From the NCBI GenBank assembly GCA_017550115.1, contig JAFYLR010000005.1, forward strand, positions 1 to 56,953: DNA of 56,953 nt, read 5' to 3'. Positions 19,283 through 26,837 of the stretch are shown one piece after another. Both the position numbers and the translations under genes were made by a program. How positions within the stretch are numbered: position 1 is the first letter of the stretch; every line of letters starts with the position of its first letter. Source of the stretch: Clostridia bacterium. GTDB taxonomy: Bacteria > Bacillota > Clostridia > Oscillospirales > CAG-272. Under the pieces are notes generated by a model. It was not told the DNA's origin and did no database searches. It saw only the letters and a list, made by a program, of their open reading frames with translations.

Positions 19283-20140
19283 TTATTTATTTTTATAATT
19301 ATGATTAACAAGTACAGCTAAAACAAGATACCTTCTCGTTCCTGTTTTTAAGCAAGTCGAAAGCGTAATAATTCGATTATTTTCGCCATCAACCGTTATA
19401 TCGTCAGCAATTATAGTTCTCGCATCTGACGAATTATAAACGTCTGCCAAAAATGCAGAGGTCGGATTTTCAAGTCGTGCATAATTGCGAATTATATGCC
19501 TTGTATCAAATGGGAGTGCCGCAAAAACCCTATAATGAAACATTTCTGTCGGCGTATAGATCACTATATCTCGATGACTCTCAAAATATTCTTTGTCCAT
19601 ATAAGAAAGCAAAGAACCGAATTTTGTACCATCGTCCATATAATGTCCGTAAATGACTGTATTGGGATCCGAAAAATCGGTGCTGTTGTAATTTTGAGTG
19701 TATATACAACCCGTTATATCGTATGCTCCGTTTATAGCTTTTCGTAGATAATAACTATTATTCGTCGGGTGCTGTACTATCGGATACTGAATCTTGCTCC
19801 CCGGGATCTCTATCCAAGCGTAAACATCTTTAGAGGTTTCCCTTAACAGATCAAAGTCTATCTTCACGACCGACATATTCCATTCTTTTTTGGAATCTTC
19901 ATCGGAGAGGTCGTTTGGCAATGGTTGCAGCGCAGCTGAACTTCCGTTATTACTCGAGACAGAAACAACTTCTCTTGCATCATTATAAAGTTTGTTCATC
20001 GAACCTCTAAGCACCAGGTGATAAACCCAGAAGCCAAGGCAGACTGCCGCCACAAGAGTGCAAACCGTAAAGAGCACGATCCAAAAAATAAAACGCCCCT
20101 TCTTTTGTTTTTGACCTGTGTCGGTGTTTTTCATTATCAA
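19283..20140 (-). CDS. srtB: class B sortase
   Basis: N-terminal TM anchor. Motifs YAWIEIPGSKIQYPIVQ, VIYGHYM and the catalytic TLSTC. Confidence 0.85.
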   Translation of the reverse strand: MIMKNTDTGQKQKKGRFIFWIVLFTVCTLVAAVCLGFWVYHLVLRGSMNKLYNDAREVVSVSSNNGSSAALQPLPNDLSDEDSKKEWNMSVVKIDFDLLRETSKDVYAWIEIPGSKIQYPIVQHPTNNSYYLRKAINGAYDITGCIYTQNYNSTDFSDPNTVIYGHYMDDGTKFGSLLSYMDKEYFESHRDIVIYTPTEMFHYRVFAALPFDTRHIIRNYARLENPTSAFLADVYNSSDARTIIADDITVDGENNRIITLSTCLKTGTRRYLVLAVLVNHNYKNK

Positions 20141-21232
20141 TCAATCCTCACAAATATAGAAAATATCAAGAATCAATTTATAAAATCCTTCAGGATCAGG
20201 CCTGAATTCAGCATATCTTCCATCGGTATCGGTTTTGCCGGGTATCGTATGAAAAGAAAAATCAAGTCGGGTAACAATATCCGCAAGATAGACCATTTCA
20301 TCAAACGTTATATCAGTACAACTGTTATCAGCTATCTTTTCATATAGCTCTTTCGGCAAAGACCAGTCTTTTTTCACAGCCTCTATCGCAGAAGAAATAA
20401 AAGCTTTCAAATATAACTGTTGCCTTGAAATTCTTCCTTCGTTTGAGCCGTCGCCCACACCTTGTCTTGCACCGACAAATTTATCGGCAAGCTTACCTGT
20501 GAGTGTGACAGTTGCTCCCTCGACAAAGGATTTATGTACTCTCGTCATATCAACTGGAATTGTAAGCGTAACGCCGCCGACCGCGTCATTTATATCTCTC
20601 AGCGCCTGACGTTTCATCGAATAATATGCATGTATCGGTATTCCATACATAAAATCCGAAACTGCATTCAACGTCATTTTGCAGCTGGAATGAGCACCGT
20701 CACCATAAGCATACGAAATAGCAAGCTGACTTTCAAGAGCCCCCAAGCTTGCTCCGTCGGAATCATAGGCCTCAAAATAAGACATGGAGTTGCGATCCAC
20801 AGCAATAATATCAGCCGTCAGATTTTCCTCGTCAAGCACAAGCAACATAATAGCATCCGCCTGACCTGCTCCCGCAACACCTATATGCTCTATCTGATCT
20901 TCGGCATCCGTGGACTTAGAACCGTCGATCCCCATAACGATGAACGTCGTTAACTTTTGATTATATCTGTAGGTCTTTCCTTCATACGAGACAGAAAATT
21001 TGTCATAAGCTTCTTCGTCTGGTGAATACTGTGTCTCAGCATTTATTTGCTCTTGGCGGCGATCGTCAAAAGACCTTTTGCCTGCTGTCCTCAGTGCAAA
21101 AAAAGCGCCTATCAAAGCACCGGCAAGAATCACCAATGCCGCAAATAAACATAAAAAAACTACAACGGTTTTTCGAGCAAAAACTGAAAATTCGAAAGGT
21201 TTATCTCCGCAATTTTTAACTTTTTTTCTCAT
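20141..21232 (-). CDS. LCP (LytR-CpsA-Psr) family protein
   Basis: N-terminal TM anchor. Motifs FIVMGIDG, QADAIMLLVLD and ARQGVGDGSNEGRISRQQ. Its stop abuts the sortase start with no gap. Confidence 0.8.
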   Translation of the reverse strand: MRKKVKNCGDKPFEFSVFARKTVVVFLCLFAALVILAGALIGAFFALRTAGKRSFDDRRQEQINAETQYSPDEEAYDKFSVSYEGKTYRYNQKLTTFIVMGIDGSKSTDAEDQIEHIGVAGAGQADAIMLLVLDEENLTADIIAVDRNSMSYFEAYDSDGASLGALESQLAISYAYGDGAHSSCKMTLNAVSDFMYGIPIHAYYSMKRQALRDINDAVGGVTLTIPVDMTRVHKSFVEGATVTLTGKLADKFVGARQGVGDGSNEGRISRQQLYLKAFISSAIEAVKKDWSLPKELYEKIADNSCTDITFDEMVYLADIVTRLDFSFHTIPGKTDTDGRYAEFRPDPEGFYKLILDIFYICED

Positions 21233-21268
21233 AGTTACCTATAATACCCGATTATACAATTCTAATGT

Positions 21269-21297
21269 ATTATACCATTTAATCCAAAGCGTGTCAA
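21269..21297 (-). promoter_or_regulatory. promoter of the LCP-sortase operon: TTGACA-N17-TATAAT with extended -10 TG
   Basis: On the minus strand: TTGACA (21297-21292), a 17-nt spacer ending in TGG, and TATAAT (21274-21269). Confidence 0.65.
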
Positions 21298-21326
21298 GAT
21301 GGTTAAATAAAAATATTAAAAAATAC

Positions 21327-21355
21327 TTTACAAAATCCAAAAAATCGTATATAAT
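21327..21355 (+). promoter_or_regulatory. promoter of the cysE-cysS T-box leader: TTTACA-N17-TATAAT
   Basis: TTTACA at 21327-21332, a 17-nt spacer, and TATAAT at 21350-21355. Confidence 0.65.
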
Positions 21356-21361
21356 GTTATA

Positions 21362-21614
21362 AAACACGGTCTGCGAACGGAAAGAAACCGAATAAACACC
21401 GTAAAGAGAGTTGCCGCCATGGGCTGAAAACGGCAATACGGCAGAGTCGGCTTGTGCCTCCGGGAGACCCCGTATCGAAAGCGTTTTTTCGCTGTGTAGA
21501 TGCGGTCGCATAGTTGCGATAAAGACTAAAGAGATGCCTCATTTTTGAGACAAACAGAGTGGAACCGTGCTTTTTGCGCCTCTGTACCTTTGTGGTACAG
21601 AGCTTTTTGTTTTT
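21362..21614 (+). promoter_or_regulatory. T-box leader (probable tRNA-Cys sensing) with terminator/antiterminator
   Basis: AGAGAG and GAAA stem I elements. T-box sequence CAGAGTGGAACCGTG. Antiterminator CAGAG/CTCTG with a UGGA bulge. Terminator CTCTGTACC-tttgt-GGTACAGAG followed by CTTTTTGTTTTT. Confidence 0.75.
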
Positions 21615-21648
21615 ATAGATAAATTTAATTTTAGGTCAGGAGCAAGTA

Positions 21649-22386
21649 ATGAAACTAATAATTGACAAAGAGGCAATCAAAAGAGATTTTGAGACCGCCA
21701 CGCTCAAAACGAAAAAAAATACAAAAAAAGCTATACAAACCGCAAAAAATTCGATCAACGATATGAAGGAGGAGATCAAAACCTTCCGCGATCGAGATCC
21801 TGCAGCAAAAAGTGATGCCGAGATCGTACTTTTATATTCCGGTTTTCATGCAATTTTGGCATACAGAGTATCACACAAGCTATACCTTACAAAACACTAT
21901 TTCAGCGCTCGTGCGGTAAGCCAACTAGCAAAATTTTTCACCGGCATCGAGATACACCCCGGTGCCACAATCGGCAAAAGATTCTTTATAGATCACGGCA
22001 TGGCAGTCGTTATAGGTGAGACGACCGAGATCGGAGATGACTGCACTATCTATCAAGGAGTCACTCTGGGCGGTACAGGAAAAGACGTCGGAAAACGTCA
22101 CCCAACCCTTGGAAACAACGTTATGGTAGGTGCAGGAGCGAAGGTGCTTGGCCCTATGCGAATAGGAAACAACACAAAAATCGCAGCAGGAGCTGTGGTA
22201 TTGAGCGAAATTCCAGATAACAGCACCGCTGTTGGCATACCTGCAAAGGTAGTAAAGCGAGAGGGTGTTAAGATCGACGATCTTGATCAGATACACATTC
22301 CCGACCCTGTTGCAGCAGAGCTTCGTCAGCTTGAGAGGAAGATTTCGGAGCTTGAGAAAAAGCTCGATAAAGAAGAAAAAGATTGA
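21649..22386 (+). CDS. cysE: serine O-acetyltransferase
   Basis: Motifs RDPAAKS, GIEIHPGA and hexapeptide repeats. AGGAG sits 6 nt upstream of the ATG at 21649. About 35 aa of Lys-rich N-terminal extension. Confidence 0.9.
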   Translation: MKLIIDKEAIKRDFETATLKTKKNTKKAIQTAKNSINDMKEEIKTFRDRDPAAKSDAEIVLLYSGFHAILAYRVSHKLYLTKHYFSARAVSQLAKFFTGIEIHPGATIGKRFFIDHGMAVVIGETTEIGDDCTIYQGVTLGGTGKDVGKRHPTLGNNVMVGAGAKVLGPMRIGNNTKIAAGAVVLSEIPDNSTAVGIPAKVVKREGVKIDDLDQIHIPDPVAAELRQLERKISELEKKLDKEEKD

Positions 22387-22402
22387 AAGGATAACGCAAA
22401 AA

Positions 22403-23833
22403 ATGCAACTTTATAATTCACTTACAAAAGTAAAAGAAGAATTTGTTCCAAACGAGCCCGGCAAGGTGAAAATGTACACCTGCGGCCCTACGGTTTATCA
22501 TTTTGCTCATATAGGAAACCTGCGGTCTTACATTATGGAAGACGTGCTTGAAAAATATATGCGTTATGTAGGATACGACGTCAAAAGAGTTATGAATATA
22601 ACCGACGTCGGACATCTGACGTCCGACGCGGACGAGGGCGAGGACAAAATGCTCAAAGGTGCAAAGCGTGAGCATAAGACCGTTATGGAGATAGCACAGT
22701 TCTATACCGACGCGTTCTTTGCGGATTGCAAAAAGCTCAATATAAAGACACCCGACGTCGTTGAACCCGCGACAGGCTGTATCGACGATTTTATTCGAGT
22801 CATCGAAGGACTTATCGAAAAGGGGTACGCTTATCTTGCAGGCGGAAACGTCTATTTTGACACCTCAAAGTTAAGTCAATATTACGTCTTCAACAACTTT
22901 GACGAGGACGACCTTGAGGTCGGTGTGCGTGAGGGTGTTGAAGAGGATCAAAACAAGAGAAACAAGAACGATTTCGTTCTTTGGTTTACAAAATCAAAAT
23001 TTGAAGATCAGGCTCTTAAATGGGATTCTCCTTGGGGCGTAGGCTATCCGGGTTGGCATATCGAATGCTCCTGCATTTCGATGAAGCATCTGGGGGAAAC
23101 TCTTGATATCCACTGCGGCGGCATAGACAACGCCTTCCCTCATCACACGAACGAGATCGCACAAACAGAGGCTTACGTTGGGCACAAATGGTGCAACTAT
23201 TGGTTCCACGTTCTGCACCTCAATACAAACAGCGGCAAGATGTCAAAATCAAAAGGCGAATTTTTGACGGTATCCTTGCTCGAGAGCAAAGGATACGATC
23301 CTCTTGTATATCGCTTTTTCTGTCTTGGCTCTCATTACCGCAAGTCCTTGGTGTTCTCATATGAAAACCTTGACAATGCTGCTCTTGCATTTGATAAGCT
23401 CATATCAAAGATTGCGTCCCTGAAGGCTTCTGATAACGAAAATATAGACAAAGAAAAGTTTGAAGAACTTAAAAAGCTTTTCACAGATGCTCTTGACAAC
23501 GACATCAACACCTCTCTTGCGATAACCGCACTTTACGACGTTCTGAAAGCCGATGCAAACGCCGCAACAAAACTTGCACTCATCGAGGATTTTGATAAGG
23601 TGCTTTCTCTTGACCTTATAGCACACGCTCAAAAGGCAACTGCAGAAAAAACGGAAGAAAAAGAGGCCGACAGTGCTCTTGTCGCCGAGATTGAAAAACT
23701 GATAGAAGAACGTGCGGCCGCAAAAAAAGCCAAAAACTTTGCGGAAGCCGATCGAATCAGAAATTACCTGGCAGACAAGGGTATCGTACTTGTAGATTCC
23801 CGTGAAGGAACGACGTGGAAGCTCGAGGGCTGA
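22403..23833 (+). CDS. cysS: cysteine--tRNA ligase
   Basis: Starts MQLYNSLTKVKEEF. HIGN (HIGH-type) motif and KMSKS. The start at 22403 removes the out-of-gene extension that overlaps cysE. Confidence 0.95.
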   Translation: MQLYNSLTKVKEEFVPNEPGKVKMYTCGPTVYHFAHIGNLRSYIMEDVLEKYMRYVGYDVKRVMNITDVGHLTSDADEGEDKMLKGAKREHKTVMEIAQFYTDAFFADCKKLNIKTPDVVEPATGCIDDFIRVIEGLIEKGYAYLAGGNVYFDTSKLSQYYVFNNFDEDDLEVGVREGVEEDQNKRNKNDFVLWFTKSKFEDQALKWDSPWGVGYPGWHIECSCISMKHLGETLDIHCGGIDNAFPHHTNEIAQTEAYVGHKWCNYWFHVLHLNTNSGKMSKSKGEFLTVSLLESKGYDPLVYRFFCLGSHYRKSLVFSYENLDNAALAFDKLISKIASLKASDNENIDKEKFEELKKLFTDALDNDINTSLAITALYDVLKADANAATKLALIEDFDKVLSLDLIAHAQKATAEKTEEKEADSALVAEIEKLIEERAAAKKAKNFAEADRIRNYLADKGIVLVDSREGTTWKLEG

Positions 23834-23834
23834 T

Positions 23835-24260
23835 ATGATAAGAAAAATAAAAGATCTGTATCTAAAGTATAAAGAGATAATTTTATATCTCGTATTCGGT
23901 GTAGGCACAACGGCGGTAGATTGGTGTATAAGATTTATCTTTTTAAGAGAAACGATGCCTATGCCATTGGTTCACACGATCGATGCTATAGCTTGGGTTG
24001 CGGCTGTGACCTTTGCCTATATTACGAATAGGATATTCGTTTTTGAGAGTAAAGCAAAAGGACTTTCCAATATCCTCTCGGAAGTAATAAAATTCGCAGG
24101 AAGCAGAGTTGTAACATTCATAATTCAAGAACTGATCGTTGCCGTAATTTACAGATTATTGCCGCCGACAGCTGTGGTCGTCATATCCTCGGTTGTGGTC
24201 GTGATATTGAATTACGTTTTCAGCAAACTGATCGTTTTCAGAAAGAGTGATAAAAAATGA
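23835..24260 (+). CDS. GtrA-family membrane protein
   Basis: About 141 aa with 4 TM segments. N-terminus KEIILYLVFGVGTTAVDW is typical of GtrA. It starts 1 nt after the cysS stop. Confidence 0.7.
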   Translation: MIRKIKDLYLKYKEIILYLVFGVGTTAVDWCIRFIFLRETMPMPLVHTIDAIAWVAAVTFAYITNRIFVFESKAKGLSNILSEVIKFAGSRVVTFIIQELIVAVIYRLLPPTAVVVISSVVVVILNYVFSKLIVFRKSDKK

Positions 24261-24511
24261 ATGACGATTCTATGCGTACTCGGTATATACCAAAATCCGA
24301 GCGTGAAAAAAATGCACTTCCCTCAACAAAAAAACGGCAAAGCTCTTGTGAGGACTGTGAATATTATGACTACGACGAATATACCGACAGTTACTACTGC
24401 AAAATGTCTCTCGATGAAGATGAGATGATAAGCTTTCTCTCTGGCAACCGTTCATCTTGTCCATATTACAAATATTACGACGAATATAAAAGCGTAAATA
24501 AACAAATATAA
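24257..24511 (+). CDS. small Cys/Tyr/Asp/Glu-rich protein (84 aa), CxxC...C...C
   Basis: ATGA overlap with the gtrA stop. Sequence SCEDCEYYDYDEYTDSYYCKMSLDEDEM...SSCPYYKYYDEY. No function known to me. Confidence 0.45.
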   Translation: MNDDSMRTRYIPKSEREKNALPSTKKRQSSCEDCEYYDYDEYTDSYYCKMSLDEDEMISFLSGNRSSCPYYKYYDEYKSVNKQI

Positions 24512-24548
24512 AGACAAGAGGCAACCGAGAAGGTTGCCTCTTGTCTTT
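24510..24548. terminator. bidirectional hairpin terminator
   Basis: AAAGACAAGAGGCAACC-gaga-AGGTTGCCTCTTGTCTTT. Confidence 0.6.
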
Positions 24549-24560
24549 ATATAATCGAAA

Positions 24561-25736
24561 TCAGATTTCGGGAATAACTACCTCAACCTCATGACCAAGG
24601 TCGCTTGAACGAGCGATAGCATCGAGAATAGCCTGATTATATATGATCTCAGATGAAGGAACGGGAGCTGTGCCGCCGTTTTTGACAGCATCAAGGAATG
24701 TACGGATCTTCAAATCGAACAGAGTCGCTTTTGTTTGAAGCATAGGAACGACCGTCTCGGTCTGCTCACCACATACCTCATGATAAATCTTGAGAGGCTG
24801 TGTGAACGTACCGTTCCAACATTCAGTTGAAGGAATACGAAGTCCGCCCTTAGTACCGAGAATTATAGTATCTCCCGCAGTATCCATATTCATCGCCCAA
24901 GAGATACGGAAGTCAACGATAATATCACCCTCAAGGCGAATAAATGCTGCCGCAAAATCGTCAACACCGAATTTGGAAGCGTACTCAGGATGTCCTGTTC
25001 TCACATAGTTGGAATAATTGGGATCTGTGCCGAAATATGCGGACTTGTATCCGGAAACAGTAAGCGGCTTAGGATATCCCAGAGCATTAAGCACCAGGTC
25101 AAGAGAATAACAACCGATATCAGCCAAAGCACCGAGTCCCGCTGTTTCATCTTCTATAAATGTAGTTCCAAAAGGTGTCGGAATACCTCTTCTGCGGCCT
25201 CCGCCCGTCTGTACGTAATATACCTTTCCGAGCTCACCCGATTGTACGATCTTCTTGATCATCTTCATATTCTCGTCAAAACGAGGCTGGAAACCGATAG
25301 AAAGAACCTTTCCGCTCTTCTTTTCCGCTTTGATTATCTCTACCGCTTCTTCCATAGTTACGCACATCGGCTTCTCGAGCATTACGTTTATGCCGTTTTC
25401 AAGAGCGTAAATCGTCGGTATAGTATGCTGACGATTGTATGTACAAACAGACACAGCGTCGAGCTTCAAGCTCTTATCATCGATCATTTCTTTATGAGAA
25501 GCATAGTCGGTCTTTACTCCCTCAACGCCGAATCTCTCAAAAAACGCCTTTGCCTTGCCGGGAATAAGGTCTGCTCCGGCAACGATCTCAACGTCAGGCT
25601 GGTTCAAATAAGCCTTAATATGAGCCTCTGCTATCCAACCGGTGCCGATTATACCTATACGAACTTTTTTTGCGGCATCAACAGTATTTACTTCCTGGTT
25701 TTCCATGAACGCATTTAGGTCTGCTAATCTACCCAT
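24561..25736 (-). CDS. Gfo/Idh/MocA-family NAD(P)-dependent oxidoreductase
   Basis: Rossmann N-terminus VRIGIIGTGWIAEAH. EKP motif (MLEKPM). 391 aa. Confidence 0.85.
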   Translation of the reverse strand: MGRLADLNAFMENQEVNTVDAAKKVRIGIIGTGWIAEAHIKAYLNQPDVEIVAGADLIPGKAKAFFERFGVEGVKTDYASHKEMIDDKSLKLDAVSVCTYNRQHTIPTIYALENGINVMLEKPMCVTMEEAVEIIKAEKKSGKVLSIGFQPRFDENMKMIKKIVQSGELGKVYYVQTGGGRRRGIPTPFGTTFIEDETAGLGALADIGCYSLDLVLNALGYPKPLTVSGYKSAYFGTDPNYSNYVRTGHPEYASKFGVDDFAAAFIRLEGDIIVDFRISWAMNMDTAGDTIILGTKGGLRIPSTECWNGTFTQPLKIYHEVCGEQTETVVPMLQTKATLFDLKIRTFLDAVKNGGTAPVPSSEIIYNQAILDAIARSSDLGHEVEVVIPEI

Positions 25737-25799
25737 AGAAAAATCCTCCTAAATTTATTATAAAGTTTTTATTTTCAATGACAAACTAAAAGTTTGACA

Positions 25800-26612
25800 T
25801 CAGTTTCCGAGAGTTTTAAGATAGTTTCTTGAAAGCTCAATAGACTCCATCGGTGTCTTTTCCATGCTGGGTCTATCCTGCTCAACAACTATCCACTCAG
25901 TACCTGCGTCCTCACAGGCCCCAATAATATTATAAAAATCCTGACAGCCATAGCCTACCGGGCGAAGCTCGAAAGCAGTGCCTCCGACTACCTTCTTCTC
26001 AATCCCTATAAGCTCATACATATTCTCAGATTTGCGACCGACAAAATCCTTGAGGTGAACTATGGGAGCTCTACCCGAATATTTTCTTATATAAGATGCA
26101 GGCTCTTCACCGCCAACGTTTACCCAACAAGTATCAAGCTCTGTTTCGAGCAAGTCTGCTGAAACGGTATTATAGAGCATATCCAAGGCATACTCTTCCC
26201 CGATCTTAACAAACTCAAAATCGTGGTTATGATAAAGGAGCTTAACGCCCCGGTCTTTACATTTTTCACCTATCATTCGTATGTTTTCAACGGTCGTATC
26301 CCACATATCTCTTCCCGGACGAAGTTCTTCGGCAAGATAAGGAACAGCGATATATTTACAACCGATAAGAATATATTTAGCTATAGTACCTTCTGTGTCT
26401 GCCAAAAGCTCGTTAAGCGGAACATGTGCAGAAATAGGAACAAGACCTATGTCTTCGCACATCTTTTTAATATCTGCCGCTTCATAACCATACAGACCTG
26501 CGAACTCAACACCGTCGTATCCCATCTCTTTGATCTTTTCTAAAGTACCCTTAAGGTCTTTCTGTGCTTCTTCACGAACCGAATAAAGCTGTACTGCTAC
26601 CGGAAATTTCAT
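25800..26612 (-). CDS. sugar phosphate isomerase/epimerase (xylose-isomerase-like TIM barrel)
   Basis: Start moved to the ATG at 26612, preceded by GGAGG. Motifs MGYDGVEF, YHNHDFEF and VHLKD. Confidence 0.8.
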   Translation of the reverse strand: MKFPVAVQLYSVREEAQKDLKGTLEKIKEMGYDGVEFAGLYGYEAADIKKMCEDIGLVPISAHVPLNELLADTEGTIAKYILIGCKYIAVPYLAEELRPGRDMWDTTVENIRMIGEKCKDRGVKLLYHNHDFEFVKIGEEYALDMLYNTVSADLLETELDTCWVNVGGEEPASYIRKYSGRAPIVHLKDFVGRKSENMYELIGIEKKVVGGTAFELRPVGYGCQDFYNIIGACEDAGTEWIVVEQDRPSMEKTPMESIELSRNYLKTLGN

Positions 26613-26837
26613 TTTCTGCCTCCATAGTGAACCCAAAGTGTAAAACTTACTCTGTTTGAATTTTATTATAAGACAAATTTAGCCTTATTGCAAGACATTA
26701 TTAGATATCTAAAGGACAAAAATTGCTATCAATAGGAATTTTCACATTTGTTTTTTGCGATTGGCACCCTATTAGGATTTTTTTGGCATCAGTTTCATAT
26801 TAATATTATGAACAAAGGAACACAGGAGAATAAGTGC

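Noticed and set aside
21239-21542. Two minus-strand ORFs (90 and 61 aa) upstream of cysE
   Set aside because: They lie on the opposite strand of the divergent promoter region and T-box leader. They have no RBS, and the sequence is better explained as regulatory RNA/DNA.
22265-22402. N-terminal 46-codon extension of the cysS ORF in the track
   Set aside because: The extension overlaps the 3' end of cysE in another frame and has no RBS. The ATG at 22403 gives the canonical CysRS N-terminus (MQLYNSLT...).
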